57,112 nt of DNA from Basidiobolus ranarum (Eukaryota). The stretch covers positions 1 to 57,112 of the forward strand of contig JASJQH010000011.1 in the NCBI GenBank assembly GCA_040143965.1. Direction: 5' to 3'. Shown one piece after another: positions 33,410 to 45,277 of this stretch. The translations under genes were made by a program, and so were the position numbers. How positions within the stretch are numbered: position 1 is the stretch's first letter; the number at the start of each line of letters is the position of its first letter. Under the pieces are notes generated by a model that saw only the letters and a program-made list of their open reading frames with translations, ran no database searches and was not told where the DNA came from.

Positions 33410-35560
33410 GTAAAATCTATTGTGTGACAGTAGGTTTTGCATTCGCCAGTCCGGCAATATAGTCAAGATTTTGAACTTTCTCTAACGGAAATGTTGTTAA
33501 TACGAAAATAGCCAAATGTCCTATTACGAACTAGCCATTTCCAAACTTGATCATTTTTTTATATTCAACCAACAACGATCAAGATCATTCGACATTGACT
33601 TTTCCATTTTACTACTTTCGGCATGCTCTTGTTCTTTTTCTAGTATTGATCCCTTTTCAGAGAAATATTTTTGCGTTGCTAAAAGACAAGTCTAGTAGTG
33701 ATTTTCATTCATCGAACCTCCCAAAACTATAAGCACAAAGTCGGACAGAACTCCATTCTATTTAGTGATGTGGCCCAACCCTAGGTTGCAATTTGTACTT
33801 CGAGTAATGTAGAATAAGTTAAGGTGTTGTGCCTGCTGGCTCTTATGTCGCTGAAATTGATCCATGTAGCTAAATCAACCCTAACCCAAACCCATCAGGA
33901 AATCATTTACAATATGAAGGAACTGCTCGTTTCAGTTTGCTAAGTCCGCTTTTATTCTAATACGAATACCACTTTGTAGCCATAGACGACTTCATATTTG
34001 TATTGGCTTTAAAATAAGATCTGATTTAACTTCGATTAACTCTTTTTATTTTAGAATTCAATACAAATATATGCAAAAAAAGAAAAACTACTAATATATA
34101 GAATACAAAAGCTTTCGTTTCAAGTGTATCTTTCTTTATCTCTCTTCGCTACACACATACCTGTCGCAATATTGCTGCTGTATGTATATGAAAAAGATAC
34201 ATTTGTTCACATATAGGAGCAACCAGTTACATTTTGTACCTTAGAGCCAACTTTTTATGTACTTGGTATAACCAACTATTTCCTCGTGTTCAATATTGTC
34301 ATAGGGACACTATCCCAAGGACGGCTTGGTCTCCTAAGGTCGTTCAGCATGTTAGCGTATAATTTCAGGTAGAGTATCCTCACGTCACTTATCTAATATG
34401 TAACTTCTAGCTTCTGAGGCGGCCTTTCTTTATTACTTGTGTTGTATATTTACCTTAATCAAATAGCACTGACTCAACTAACTGTCGTATATTTTGTAGT
34501 TGAGAAGTTTTCAAACGCAGCCTCCTAACAAGATGGGTTTATTTTATGGATAGAAGAGTTATACGCATGCAGGTAAGTTATTTTACTAATGAGTAAGGGG
34601 ACTCGAACTTTGTTTCTGGCTTGTAATTCTATTGAGCTCTAAGCTTTTACTTTAGTTGTTATCGTAGAACTAAGCGTTTAGTATGTGAAGATGGCCTTAC
34701 CGTTTGTGTTCACGATTCTGATGTACGTCTGAGAATAGCCGAACAAGAAACTCAAAGACTCCGGTTTAATCCGATATATCTTTCAGTAAAAAAAAACCAG
34801 GTGGTCTGTCAAAAAGGTACATTGGTCGCAATCCAAGCCAGTGTCTTTATTACTTCAACTTTAAGAGCTACTAAAGCATGGAAATTGAACGACCAGTTGC
34901 ACTAAAGATTAATACTTACTCCTCGTGTAGACAGTCACGAATTGATATGTATCTCCGTTAAAGCAGCCAAAGACAAATCTATCAATATATCTGGTACGTT
35001 TCAAATTGTAAATATACTGAAGAAATCGAGTCTAATTGATATATATATATGTATGTTTAGAATCTGCGTTGATTGATGAAGCCATTATTGTTGTGGAAAG
35101 TGGATTATTTTTGGAATTTATTCTTTATGATAATTGTACAATTCAGATGGACGGAGGTGAAGTGAGGGTGAGTAATAGAAAATAGTTTTTTTGATTGTGT
35201 AGGTGTACAAAAAGACCAGAAATAATAAGTTCTTGAATAACGTTCAGAACTATGTAGTGTACAGGGAAAGGTCGAAACTAAAATAGTGCATTTAGATTTC
35301 AAAGTAGTCGAATAATTTGATGTGCGTCAGGGCGAGAATGATGTAAGAAAGGTAAGCGCTTGAAGAGGTCCCGAGTTTTCATGTAGGATGTATACTAATA
35401 CTAATCGATGGGTAATTTCAAGCAGATATGGTTAAACTTCACAAGTTTGACACACTGGTTTAAGGCTCGATGCCATGTTGAACAATCTTTACAACTCGAG
35501 CTTTTAAGTTCTTTTGGAAAGATACGAAAAAACCATGGTAGCATAACTAAACACGGCCTT

Positions 35561-38061
35561 TTAAGTCACTGAGTCCATATCCATCTTAAGTCGTGATGAT
35601 GATGATGAGGATGTAGACTCGATCTGATGCCCTATGCCATTCAGCTCATTTGATGTCCTCCCATTACACATGAGACTGTTACCGCTGCTGTTACCATTAA
35701 TTCCCATCTTTGAGTTGTGACCGTTCATCCCATTTCCATGCACACTCGTGTTTGACAACTCAGCAGACTTGATACCCTTGGAAGAAATGGTTTTTCTTAC
35801 AACATTGATATTACTGGTTTTAAGATTCGATGGATTGAGCTTTAGACCATTAACACGCCTTATTTGATTACTATTTAGCGAGGATGGAACTGATGGTGTA
35901 GTGCCAAGTGGAATAGGTGTTGCGGAAAAGTTGGCAACCGACTCGGCGTACAACCCCGCACGGAAATTCAATAACCTGGATTACAAACGACAAGTGGTGA
36001 GCTCGTATGCTTATGCTTGTGATGAAGAGGTATTATAAGAACCCTACCTGTCATAAATATCATCGTAGTTGGTATACTCCTGATCACTGTTGTCATCGTC
36101 GTATTTGAACTTCTGTAGGACCTGATCATTTTCTCTGTGGGCAGTGGGTGATCTTCTGCGATCAATGAACATACGACCACCACGACCAACACGACATCGA
36201 AATCGTCCATTGTGATGATTTGAAACTGATCTGAAGTAACTAGATGGTTGAACAGCTTGCGGTGGCTGAATTGGGTTCTATGTAGTTGATATTTGTGAGT
36301 TCGAATTTGTTTGACATAGCTAGAAAATATACGATTGTTCTTTACCTCTGTGATATCAACCCAAGTGCTCGCAGCCTCTTTCCGCTTCAATAACTCGCCA
36401 ACCAGCTTGATATTCTTGCCGATCTGATTAGAGAAACTTCTGGGTTTAGGACTGGGGCTGTTTGAGCTCTCATTACCCTCGATAACCTTGATCTTACGAA
36501 GAGGAATGGTAATGGTTGCACTGTAATGAATGGATTTTGATATTAACGATCTAAACTTAAATATAAATGATGGATCCAGTGGAGCACAACCGTCGACAAA
36601 ATGTGTAGAGCGAAATTCAATACATACCGAGGATCACTTGAAGGTGAAGCTTTCTCCTTGTTCTTTTTCTGAAGGAAAAAAGTAAGTATCTAAGCTTGTC
36701 AGGCGCTTGATGGAGATGATAACAGAACCCAAAATACCTTATGTACCAAGTAATTTTCGTCCACTTCATTCGTGAAACCAGCCAATCTCCTATGTTCACG
36801 GACAAGACACTTCTGATCGAATATCAGTCGTTCCAAAACCAACGACTCTTTCCGCATTTTTTCTCTGGAACAAACTTCGTGTAGCAACTCTTTCACCATG
36901 TATAATTCATGGCGAAGATTAGACAGTTTTTCATGAGATTGCGCATCAGTTCTACGGGTTTTGCGAGTGGATTTTATCTCTCTCCTTCTAAAGCAAACAT
37001 AAGGATCTGACTCATTCAAAATGTCGTTGACCTGTAAGAGATGGAATGGAATGAGTAAATGTTCGAAGAGGTAAACAACTTATTGACAAACACTTCACCT
37101 TCAAAATTGGGGTAATTGACTGGCCATTACTAGCTACTCTCCGTTCTTTCCAGTGTTCGTAAATTGATGAGGCGGCTGGGTGCAAAGGCTGATCAACAGA
37201 GTTTGAATAAGCTAACGGACAGTTGGTTGAAAATACCACCATATCTTCGTAGGGCGGAATAGCTGAATTGTACTTGAAATGGGTTTAGAAAAGAAATTCA
37301 ACACATAAGGTATTTATTTACATGATCCCCTGATAAAATAAATGGCCATTTACTTTGTCGTTAGCTGCGCTTTCAAATATGTACATAACATTCTCAAATT
37401 GATCCTCCGTAAGCTTCTTGTCCTCTGTAGCTTTCTTATTAAAATCTTCTAGCCACTCTTCATCGATCTCGTCTAAGTTGTATGGACATCCAGTGGAATC
37501 TTCAACACTAGCTGAGAACCGAATGAAAGTACTAGGTTGGTGAAAAACCTTCTTGTATAAATGTTCGTAGCCTTCAATCTGCTTCGAAGCATCGGGTGTT
37601 GGAATGTATAAAGGTGCGGCATCACCAGTTCGGGCCGCTTGTGAGGCAGAGATGGCCGCTTGTAGATGGTGTTCCTAGATGGAGCCAATAAAGAGGTAAG
37701 TCGATGGCAATATGGTAGGAATAATATCTAAACCCGTTCAAATATGTGGTAAAAAAGTGAACGACCAAGATGTAAAAAAAAACATGTTCAGTCAAAAATG
37801 GACAGAGACTCAACCCATCTAAACAAAGAGTATATAGATCATGGTTGTCAAAAGTCCCAAGATCCAAAAACTAGAAAAAATAAAATATTTAAAAAAACTG
37901 CGGCTTACCTCTTCCTCCTCTTTCTCTACGCCAGTTTCTACTTGTGGTACACTTCGTTGAGTATTTGCTACTTCATCGAAGTCAGGGATCTCAGATGCAC
38001 GGTAGACAGGAAGAGGACGCTTATCATCAATCTTTCGAGATCGAAACTTAGCTTTAGGCAT
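35561..38061 (-). CDS. EPL1: Enhancer of polycomb-like NuA4 subunit, multi-exon
   Basis: FRSRKIDDKRPLPVY, VETGVEKEEE, YIPTPDA, IRFSASVED, YEHWKERR, DPYVCFRRREIKSTRKTRRTD, RCRVGRGGRMFIDR. Confidence 0.93.
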
Positions 38062-38635
38062 TGAGAAATTAAGCTTAAAGTAAAAAAAAACGCTCTTAAC
38101 AAAGGAAAACTAAGATCCAGATGAAGATGAAAAGATCCTTTAACGCATGACGTCAAGGCGTTTATTAATACCAGATGTTGGCAGTGACCAGGATCTACTG
38201 TAATAGTCTCGATCTCAGTGTTTGCAATACTATCTTCCTTTCGCTTTACTTCGAGGGGGGGTTCTCGTTTCGCCGGGCGGCCGTATAATTTTTTTCCTTT
38301 CTCCCTTTCTTTTTTCGTTAATACCTCCCCGTTTGGAGACGCAAAAACTCGATGGTGGTTGGGGCGATTACGCAAATATGAAAAAGGCCCCTGGATCAAA
38401 AATTTTCACTATGTTTCCCAGTGATAGGTGCGATAGATCACTTCACCTGATTTTCCATTAGAATAGATGAATTTATGGTCACGAAGTAACCATCTATAGG
38501 TATTATTGAGTATCTAGCCCTATGGCAGGGTGAGTTCCTACCAAAAGAGTCACACTCTGATGATGCATCCCTCATAAATTATAGATTACTTTGTTCATTG
38601 GTGGTTAGTCTTTCGCCTAACCCTGCTCATTAATT

Positions 38636-38770
38636 CCATTTGATTAGTGTCATCAAGTGTGTGTAAATGAATCCATTTGATTAGAGCCATTGAATTCTGT
38701 AGATTGCATTTGATTAGAGCCATTGAATTGTGTAGATTCCATTTGATTAGAGCCATGGAATGTGTGTAAA
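38636..38770. repeat. Minisatellite, 4 copies of ~33 bp
   Basis: CCATTTGATTAGAGCCATTGAATTGTGTAGATT-like units starting at 38636, 38673, 38706, 38739. Confidence 0.85.
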
Positions 38771-39046
38771 CGTTCTACCTCAGCTCATGCCAAATCAATC
38801 CATATGACTCATCGGTGACTGGGCACTCATTGCTAAATTATTAAGCAGAATGGATTGCGATTGAATGGTTCATTTACTCAACCTTGCACAGATTCAATGA
38901 ACTTGCTAAATACTGATATATTTGTTATTCATAAAATTTGCCCTCTGAAATTGATGCAAGAGTGTTCTTTAATAATGAGTGTACTACAGTTTGGTTAAGG
39001 TACAGGTAGAGGTAAAGGTAAACGTAGAGAGGGATCCAAAGGAAAA

Positions 39047-39326
39047 TTAAGACTCTTGAACGAACTTGTGTTTAACATCTTCCCATTGTTTCTACAAAAG
39101 AAGAAAGGTTATTGAACTGAATGGTATATACATTGGTGAAGGAAAAGCTTACCCCTTTGTTCAAATTATCCCAAAGTCTATCGAAGCCAATATCGTAAGC
39201 AGCTTGGAGACCGAATGCTGCTACAAAAATCCCCGAAATAAACACAGAGTTTCTACGGAATAAGGTATTGTAAAATACACGACCAACACGGTTGGCAGTG
39301 GTGTTGTTACCAGCGGCAGAAGGCAT
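39047..39326 (-). CDS. QCR9: Cytochrome bc1 complex subunit 9; 2 exons
   Basis: FYNTLFRRNSVFISGIFVAAF...WDNLNKG|KQWEDVKHKFVQES*. Confidence 0.93.
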
Positions 39327-39846
39327 TTTGGTAGGTGTAGATTTTACGAAAACAAGAATACACTGGACAATTTCATTTCTCTGGAGTCATTAGAACCATC
39401 CTCTCTCCCCATTCCATTTTCTTGCATTGGGGAGATCTTTAATTGATTGGGGTAATCTATCTCATGCCATCCGTACATCACCGCATGTCACTGGCTTATT
39501 TAAGTTTTAATAAATAATCAATAATCGTTATCAGATAATGTATACTAACAATGATAATTATATAACTAATTGCTTTGATTTAATAATCTCGTTTACATTC
39601 ACGAAATGGTTCCTTTGTATTGTTTAGAAGATCATGATAGGTCACAAATGAACACAATCCATACTCTAAAATAGAATCCGCACATATGCTCACAACGGTC
39701 TCAGTATAAGAGTAAAGAAAGGGTTTGTAATGTAAACACTTGGGGTTAAGAGCGAGGTAAATCAAGAACAACTAAAAATGGCCATAGAGTGTTTCTACAT
39801 ATTATTGGATAGAGATACATATATGATAACTTCTAGTCTACACTAA

Positions 39847-40582
39847 TTAATCCTCAAGTCGAGTAAAGCTTCTACCACCAGTATGTCGCTCATTAAGCTT
39901 GGGGTTATTTTTGGCCAAAATGGTTCTATCTTGACCAACGAAATCAAAGTCACAATCATGTTTATCAGCGTAACGATGAGAATCACAATAAACATAATCT
40001 AAAGAGAACATGAAACTATATTAGCTATATTGTTCACATATGTTGAATATTTTGCATGGATAGAGTTACATACCACATCTACATTTGTTGATGGTTTGCT
40101 TGGCGAGTGGGATCTAAGAAAATATTCATGTAAATTAATAAGGAAAGGGTGGACTAACATAATTAATACTACAATACCTTAGCTTTGCATTGGAAACATC
40201 TACCCTTGTTGGTTTGGATCTTTTTAGGAATGATTACTTCTGCTTCAACTGGGGCTTCTTGTACTACTTCACTTGAAACTTCAGCGATCTTGGGGGCTTC
40301 CGTCGTAACTTCTACGTTAGCTACGGCGGGGATGATAGATTCCACTGAGGGGGTGTAACTAGGAGTGATAGGTTTTGAGAGGGCTAGAGGGGTGGTGGGT
40401 TTCGAATCTTCGTTCAATTGCTTAAAGCACTTTGAGCACATCTGATTGTATATAGGACTCCTATGTATCAGATATGTTGATTAGTATGTAATAACAATTG
40501 GGCTGATTCACACTTGTAATTACCCGTAAAAACCACAGTTGTTGACACAGAATTCAGGCATACTAGAGTTGTTTTGCTCCAT
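39847..40582 (-). CDS. A20/AN1 zinc-finger protein, 4 exons
   Basis: CVNNCGFY|G...MCSKCFK (A20); RCFQCKAK...INKCRC|..YCDSHRYADKHDCDFDF...ILAKNNPKL (AN1). Confidence 0.88.
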
Positions 40583-41397
40583 TTTAGGGGATTGTTTAGT
40601 TGTTGGAATAGAGTTGTGTGCGGTGAGTAAAGGTAAGATTAATTTATCTTGCGGTGGTTAGAGTTCTAGATAGTCACAGGTGCTTGCGAAACCAGAAGGA
40701 AATAAAAGAGATAACAATAAATGAAAATAGACACAGCCAAGGGAAGAGGGAAATCAATCGAATTATCTAAAGTAAGGGAGAAAATGAGGCGCAGAACATG
40801 TGGAAAAAAGAAATGAACTCGGAACCCGTGGGTGATCAGATGATAGGTAAGACCAAGCACGCATGGAATAATTCCTCTAATGTAATTAAAGCACAGCACT
40901 TTATTGCGATAACATCATAATGATAACAAATGCTTTAATCGAGATCAATGTATCCCCATGTCACCTCGCCATATTAGCCTGAATCAAGGCGCAGAGTGAC
41001 GCTAATTCTCGATCATTCTTCATTACTACCTGCTCTGCCCCGATCTGCATATCATCACGTAAAGAGTTAGCTTCCACCCTGGATTGTGTCAACCACCACA
41101 TCACGTGACCCACTCTCGAGTTAGAGTTTGCTTGTTCTACCAAACCTAATTCTGTAATAATCACCAAAAGCGATTTAATCAAAATTCGAGAAAAAAGGAA
41201 CTTTTATTCACAACTATGATATTGCCTCGATAACACAAAAATTTCGACTATTCAAAAATTAGAAAAAAAAAAAGAAAAAAATTCTAACAACGCAGAATCA
41301 TGTAGTAAACTCGCCAAGCATATATTCACGCTTACAACCCTTTCTTGTGAACATTTGAGAATTGACTATCCCCAATTCCTTACCGAAAGTCAACAAG

Positions 41398-44300
41398 ATG
41401 GTTAAGAAAGTAGTGGACTCACGTATCAATACCCTTATCAAAAATGGTGTTCAAACCAAGCACAGATCTTTCTTTGTTGTGGTTGGTGACAAGGGTAAAG
41501 ATCAAATCGTGAACCTTCATTGGATGTTATCCCAAGCCCAGGTCTCCTCCAGACCTTCTGTACTCTGGTGTTACAAGAAAGAGCTCGGCTTCAGTAGTCA
41601 TCGTAAAAAGCGCGAGACAAAGATCAAGAGAGAAATTAAAAGAGGTATTAGAGAGCCTAACTCTGAGGATCCTTTCGAACTCTTTATTTCTGTGACAAAT
41701 ATTAGATATACATACTACAAGGAGACTCAAAAGATTCTCGGTAACACTTATGGAATGTGTGTACTTCAAGATTTTGAGGCCCTTACTCCCAATCTTCTCG
41801 CCAGAACCATCGAAACCGTCGAGGGTGGTGGTATTGTTGTATTGCTGTTGCGTACTATGAAGTCACTTAAACAGCTTTACACAATGACCATGGACGTCCA
41901 TTCTAGATATCGTACGGAAGCTCATGATGATGTCGTCGCGCGTTTCAACGAACGTTTTATCCTCTCCCTTGGTGGTTGTCAAAACTGCCTCGTTATTGAT
42001 GACGAACTTAACGTACTCCCAATCTCCATGGGTAAAAATGTCAAGCCTTTAGCCCCTAAAGCCAACACCGAAGATTCCGAGAGAGAGTCCGAATTAAAGG
42101 ACCTCAAGGAATCTCTTGCTGATACCCAACCTGTTGGTGCCTTGATCTCTGGTGCCAAGACTTTGGATCAAGCCAAGGCTATTTTGACATTTGTTGAGGC
42201 AATTTCTGAGAAAACTCTTCGTAGTACCGTAGCATTAACTGCTTCCCGTGGTCGTGGTAAATCCGCAGCACTAGGTACCTCAGTAGCCGCTGCTGTGGCT
42301 TATGGATACTCCAATATTTTCATTACATCACCTAGTCCTGAGAATTTGAAGACTCTCTTTGAATTCATCTTCAAGGGCTTTGACGCATTGGGCTATGAGG
42401 AGCATTTGGATTATGATATTGTTCAATCTACCAACCCAGACTTTAACAAGGCAATTGTCAGAGTCAATATTTTCCGTCAGCATAGACAAACCATTCAGTA
42501 TATTCAACCCCAAGACGCTCATACTCTCGGCCAAGCCGAACTTCTTGTCATTGATGAAGCAGCTGCCATTCCTCTTCCTTTAGTTAAGAAGCTTATGGGT
42601 CCATTCCTTGTATTCATGGCTTCCACAATTAACGGTTACGAAGGTACCGGAAGATCCCTTTCTCTCAAGCTTATCCAACAACTTAGAGATCAAAGCCGTG
42701 GCTTGACCAGCAAGAGTTCTGACGAAGGTGCCGCAGTTGCTAGAGATGGTAAGCCAAAGAAAGAATCCGAAGCTGGTGCTAGTACTGGTGCTCGTGTACT
42801 TCGTGAGATCAAGCTTGAAGAGCCTATTCGTTATGCTCCTAATGATCCCATCGAAAAATGGATGAACAAACTTTTATGCTTGGACGCAACCACCGTTACC
42901 AAGAACATTCAGGGTTGTCCTCATCCTTCTGAATGCGAGCTTTACTACATCAACCGTGATACTCTATTTTCTTATCACCCAGTTTCCGAAACATTCCTTC
43001 AAAGAATGATGGCTCTCTACGTCGCCTCACATTATAAAAATTCCCCCAACGATCTTCAACTGATGTCCGATGCACCTGCTCATCATTTATTCGTCTTGCT
43101 TCCTCCAGTCAAGGAAGGTGACAACACTCTTCCTGACCCACTCTGTGTTATTCAAGTTTGCCTTGAAGGTGAGATCTCGAAGCAAACCATTTTGAACAGC
43201 TTAAGTCGAGGCCATCGTGCTGGTGGTGATTTAATCCCTTGGCTTGTCTCTCAACAATTCCAAGATGATGATTTCGGCAGTTTGTCTGGTGCTAGAGTTG
43301 TTCGTATTGCTACTCATCCCGATTACGCTAAGATGGGATATGGCTCTCGTGCTCTTGAACAACTCGTTTCATTCTACCAAGGCGAATGCTACAGTTTGAC
43401 TGAAGATGATAATACTCCCGATTGGGAGAATATTACCCGTGTTTCCAAGGTAGAGTTAGAGAAGGGCGATCTTCACAGCGACGAGATCAAGGTCCGTGAC
43501 CCTCGCAAGATGCCACCTCTTTTGTTGAAGCTCTCTGAAAAGCGCCCTCAAAGGCTACACTACCTTGGTGTCTCTTACGGTCTTACTCAAAACTTGCACC
43601 GATTCTGGAAGCGTGCCAACTTTGTACCAGTTTATCTTAGACAAACTCCAAACGATCTTACTGGTGAACATACCAATGTTATGTTGAGAGCACTCAAGAC
43701 CGACGACTTGACCACTTCCTGCTCCCCTGAATGGCTTGACGCCTTCTCCAGAGATTTCCATAAGCGATTCTTGTCTTTATTATCCTACCAATTCAGGGTA
43801 TTCTCTGGTGTTCTTGCCCTCAGTATCATGGAAGCTAGTAATGCCGGTACTGATAAAGAAAACGATACCAAGAAACTCACTTTCCAAGAGTTTTCTTCCC
43901 TGTTCAGCCCATATGATATCAAGCGCTTGGAGTCCTATGCTAACAACATGTTGGATTATCATGTTATCCTTGATATGTTGCCCTCCATTGCTGGTTTATA
44001 CTTCGCCAATAAGCTTGGCGAAGATGTTAAACTTTCTGGAGTTCAAAGTGCCATCCTCTTATCGATTGGTTTGCAAAGAAAGTCCGTGGAGGATGTTGAA
44101 AAGGAGATGAACTTGCCCTCCAGCCAAATTCTTGCTCTTTTCACCAAGATTATTCGTAAGATTACTGGATACTTCCGTGAACTTAAGACACAAGAGATTG
44201 AATATGAGACCAAGGCCATTCCAACCAAGAAATTACTCAAGGTCAAATCAGCCAACAAGTCATCCAAGAATGTGGATGATGAAGAGGCTTGGGATCCTGT

Positions 44301-44671
44301 TCAAGAAACTTTGGATGAAGATATTGGTAAAGCCGGTAACGATGTGATCAATCAACTACGGGAGAAGCAGAAGGATTTGATCGGTGCCCTTGATCTTGAA
44401 AAGTAAGTAAGCGTGAATTGCAATTTATTCCAACCGAGTCTAATCAGCTTTGTACTTTCCTAGATACGCTATTGAAGGTGATGAAGCCGATTGGGAGTCC
44501 GCAAATGGTCAGATATCCAAGAAGAAGGGTTCTACCGTTGTTAGCGTCAAGAGTAAGGATGGCAAGAAGCGTAAGACAACCACAGGTATCGCCAGTCAAA
44601 TAGCACAAGAGGAAGCAGCCGCCGTCAGTGGTGGTAAGAAGAAGACCAGTAAAAAGACCAGAAGATCTTAA
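41398..44671 (+). CDS. KRE33: RNA cytidine acetyltransferase (NAT10/Kre33); intron ~44403-44463
   Basis: MVKKVVDSRI, RSFFVVVGD, SVLWCYKKELGFSSHRKKR, TASRGRGKSAALG, IDEAAAIP, STINGYEGTGRSL, RIATHPDY..MGYGSR; TCACGTGAC at 41101 upstream. Confidence 0.97.
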
Positions 44672-45277
44672 ATGGATCCCTTCATCATCATCACGATAGA
44701 CGATAGAAAATGTAGCCAACCTTTCAATGTCCTTTCCCTTCCCTTCCCTTGCCCCATGTCATCACTTGCCACTCGAAATACTATATCATTAATATTCCAG
44801 GATATTTCATCTTATCGTTCTCTTATTCTAGGATATATTCAACTTATTTTTCACCTTGATATTTTTCCACGCAGGCATCTAATAAATTAGGGCCTCACGT
44901 TTATGCTTTTCTTTTTGTACAGCTAGAAACTACAATAGAAAGTGATTTCGTTCGCATATATTTCATTCATCACCATACAAAACTTGTATTGTTGAAGAGA
45001 GTATTTCATTAGGAATATTTCTTGTTCACCTTCGGATTACCAAAAACAGAGGTTGGAGGAGCAAGTGAGGGTTGGGCTGGGTTGGGTGACTACGGGAAAT
45101 AAGGAACGTATCAGGTGTTATGATTGGAGCTTTTAATGTGTGGTAGAGTATATATATGGTAAAATAAGGGATAGAAAAAGAAATAAAGTGGATGAAAGGG
45201 ACTGTCAGATAAACCATTATTTTATGAGTTGAAGGTGAGGAATTGATGTGAGATACATGAAGAAAATAGGTTCTCCT

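Noticed and set aside
35940-36060. Apparent frameshift in EPL1
   Set aside because: Explained by a GT..AG intron giving YDR|LLNFRAGL
38636-38770. CRISPR-like array
   Set aside because: Eukaryotic context, no unique spacers, no cas genes
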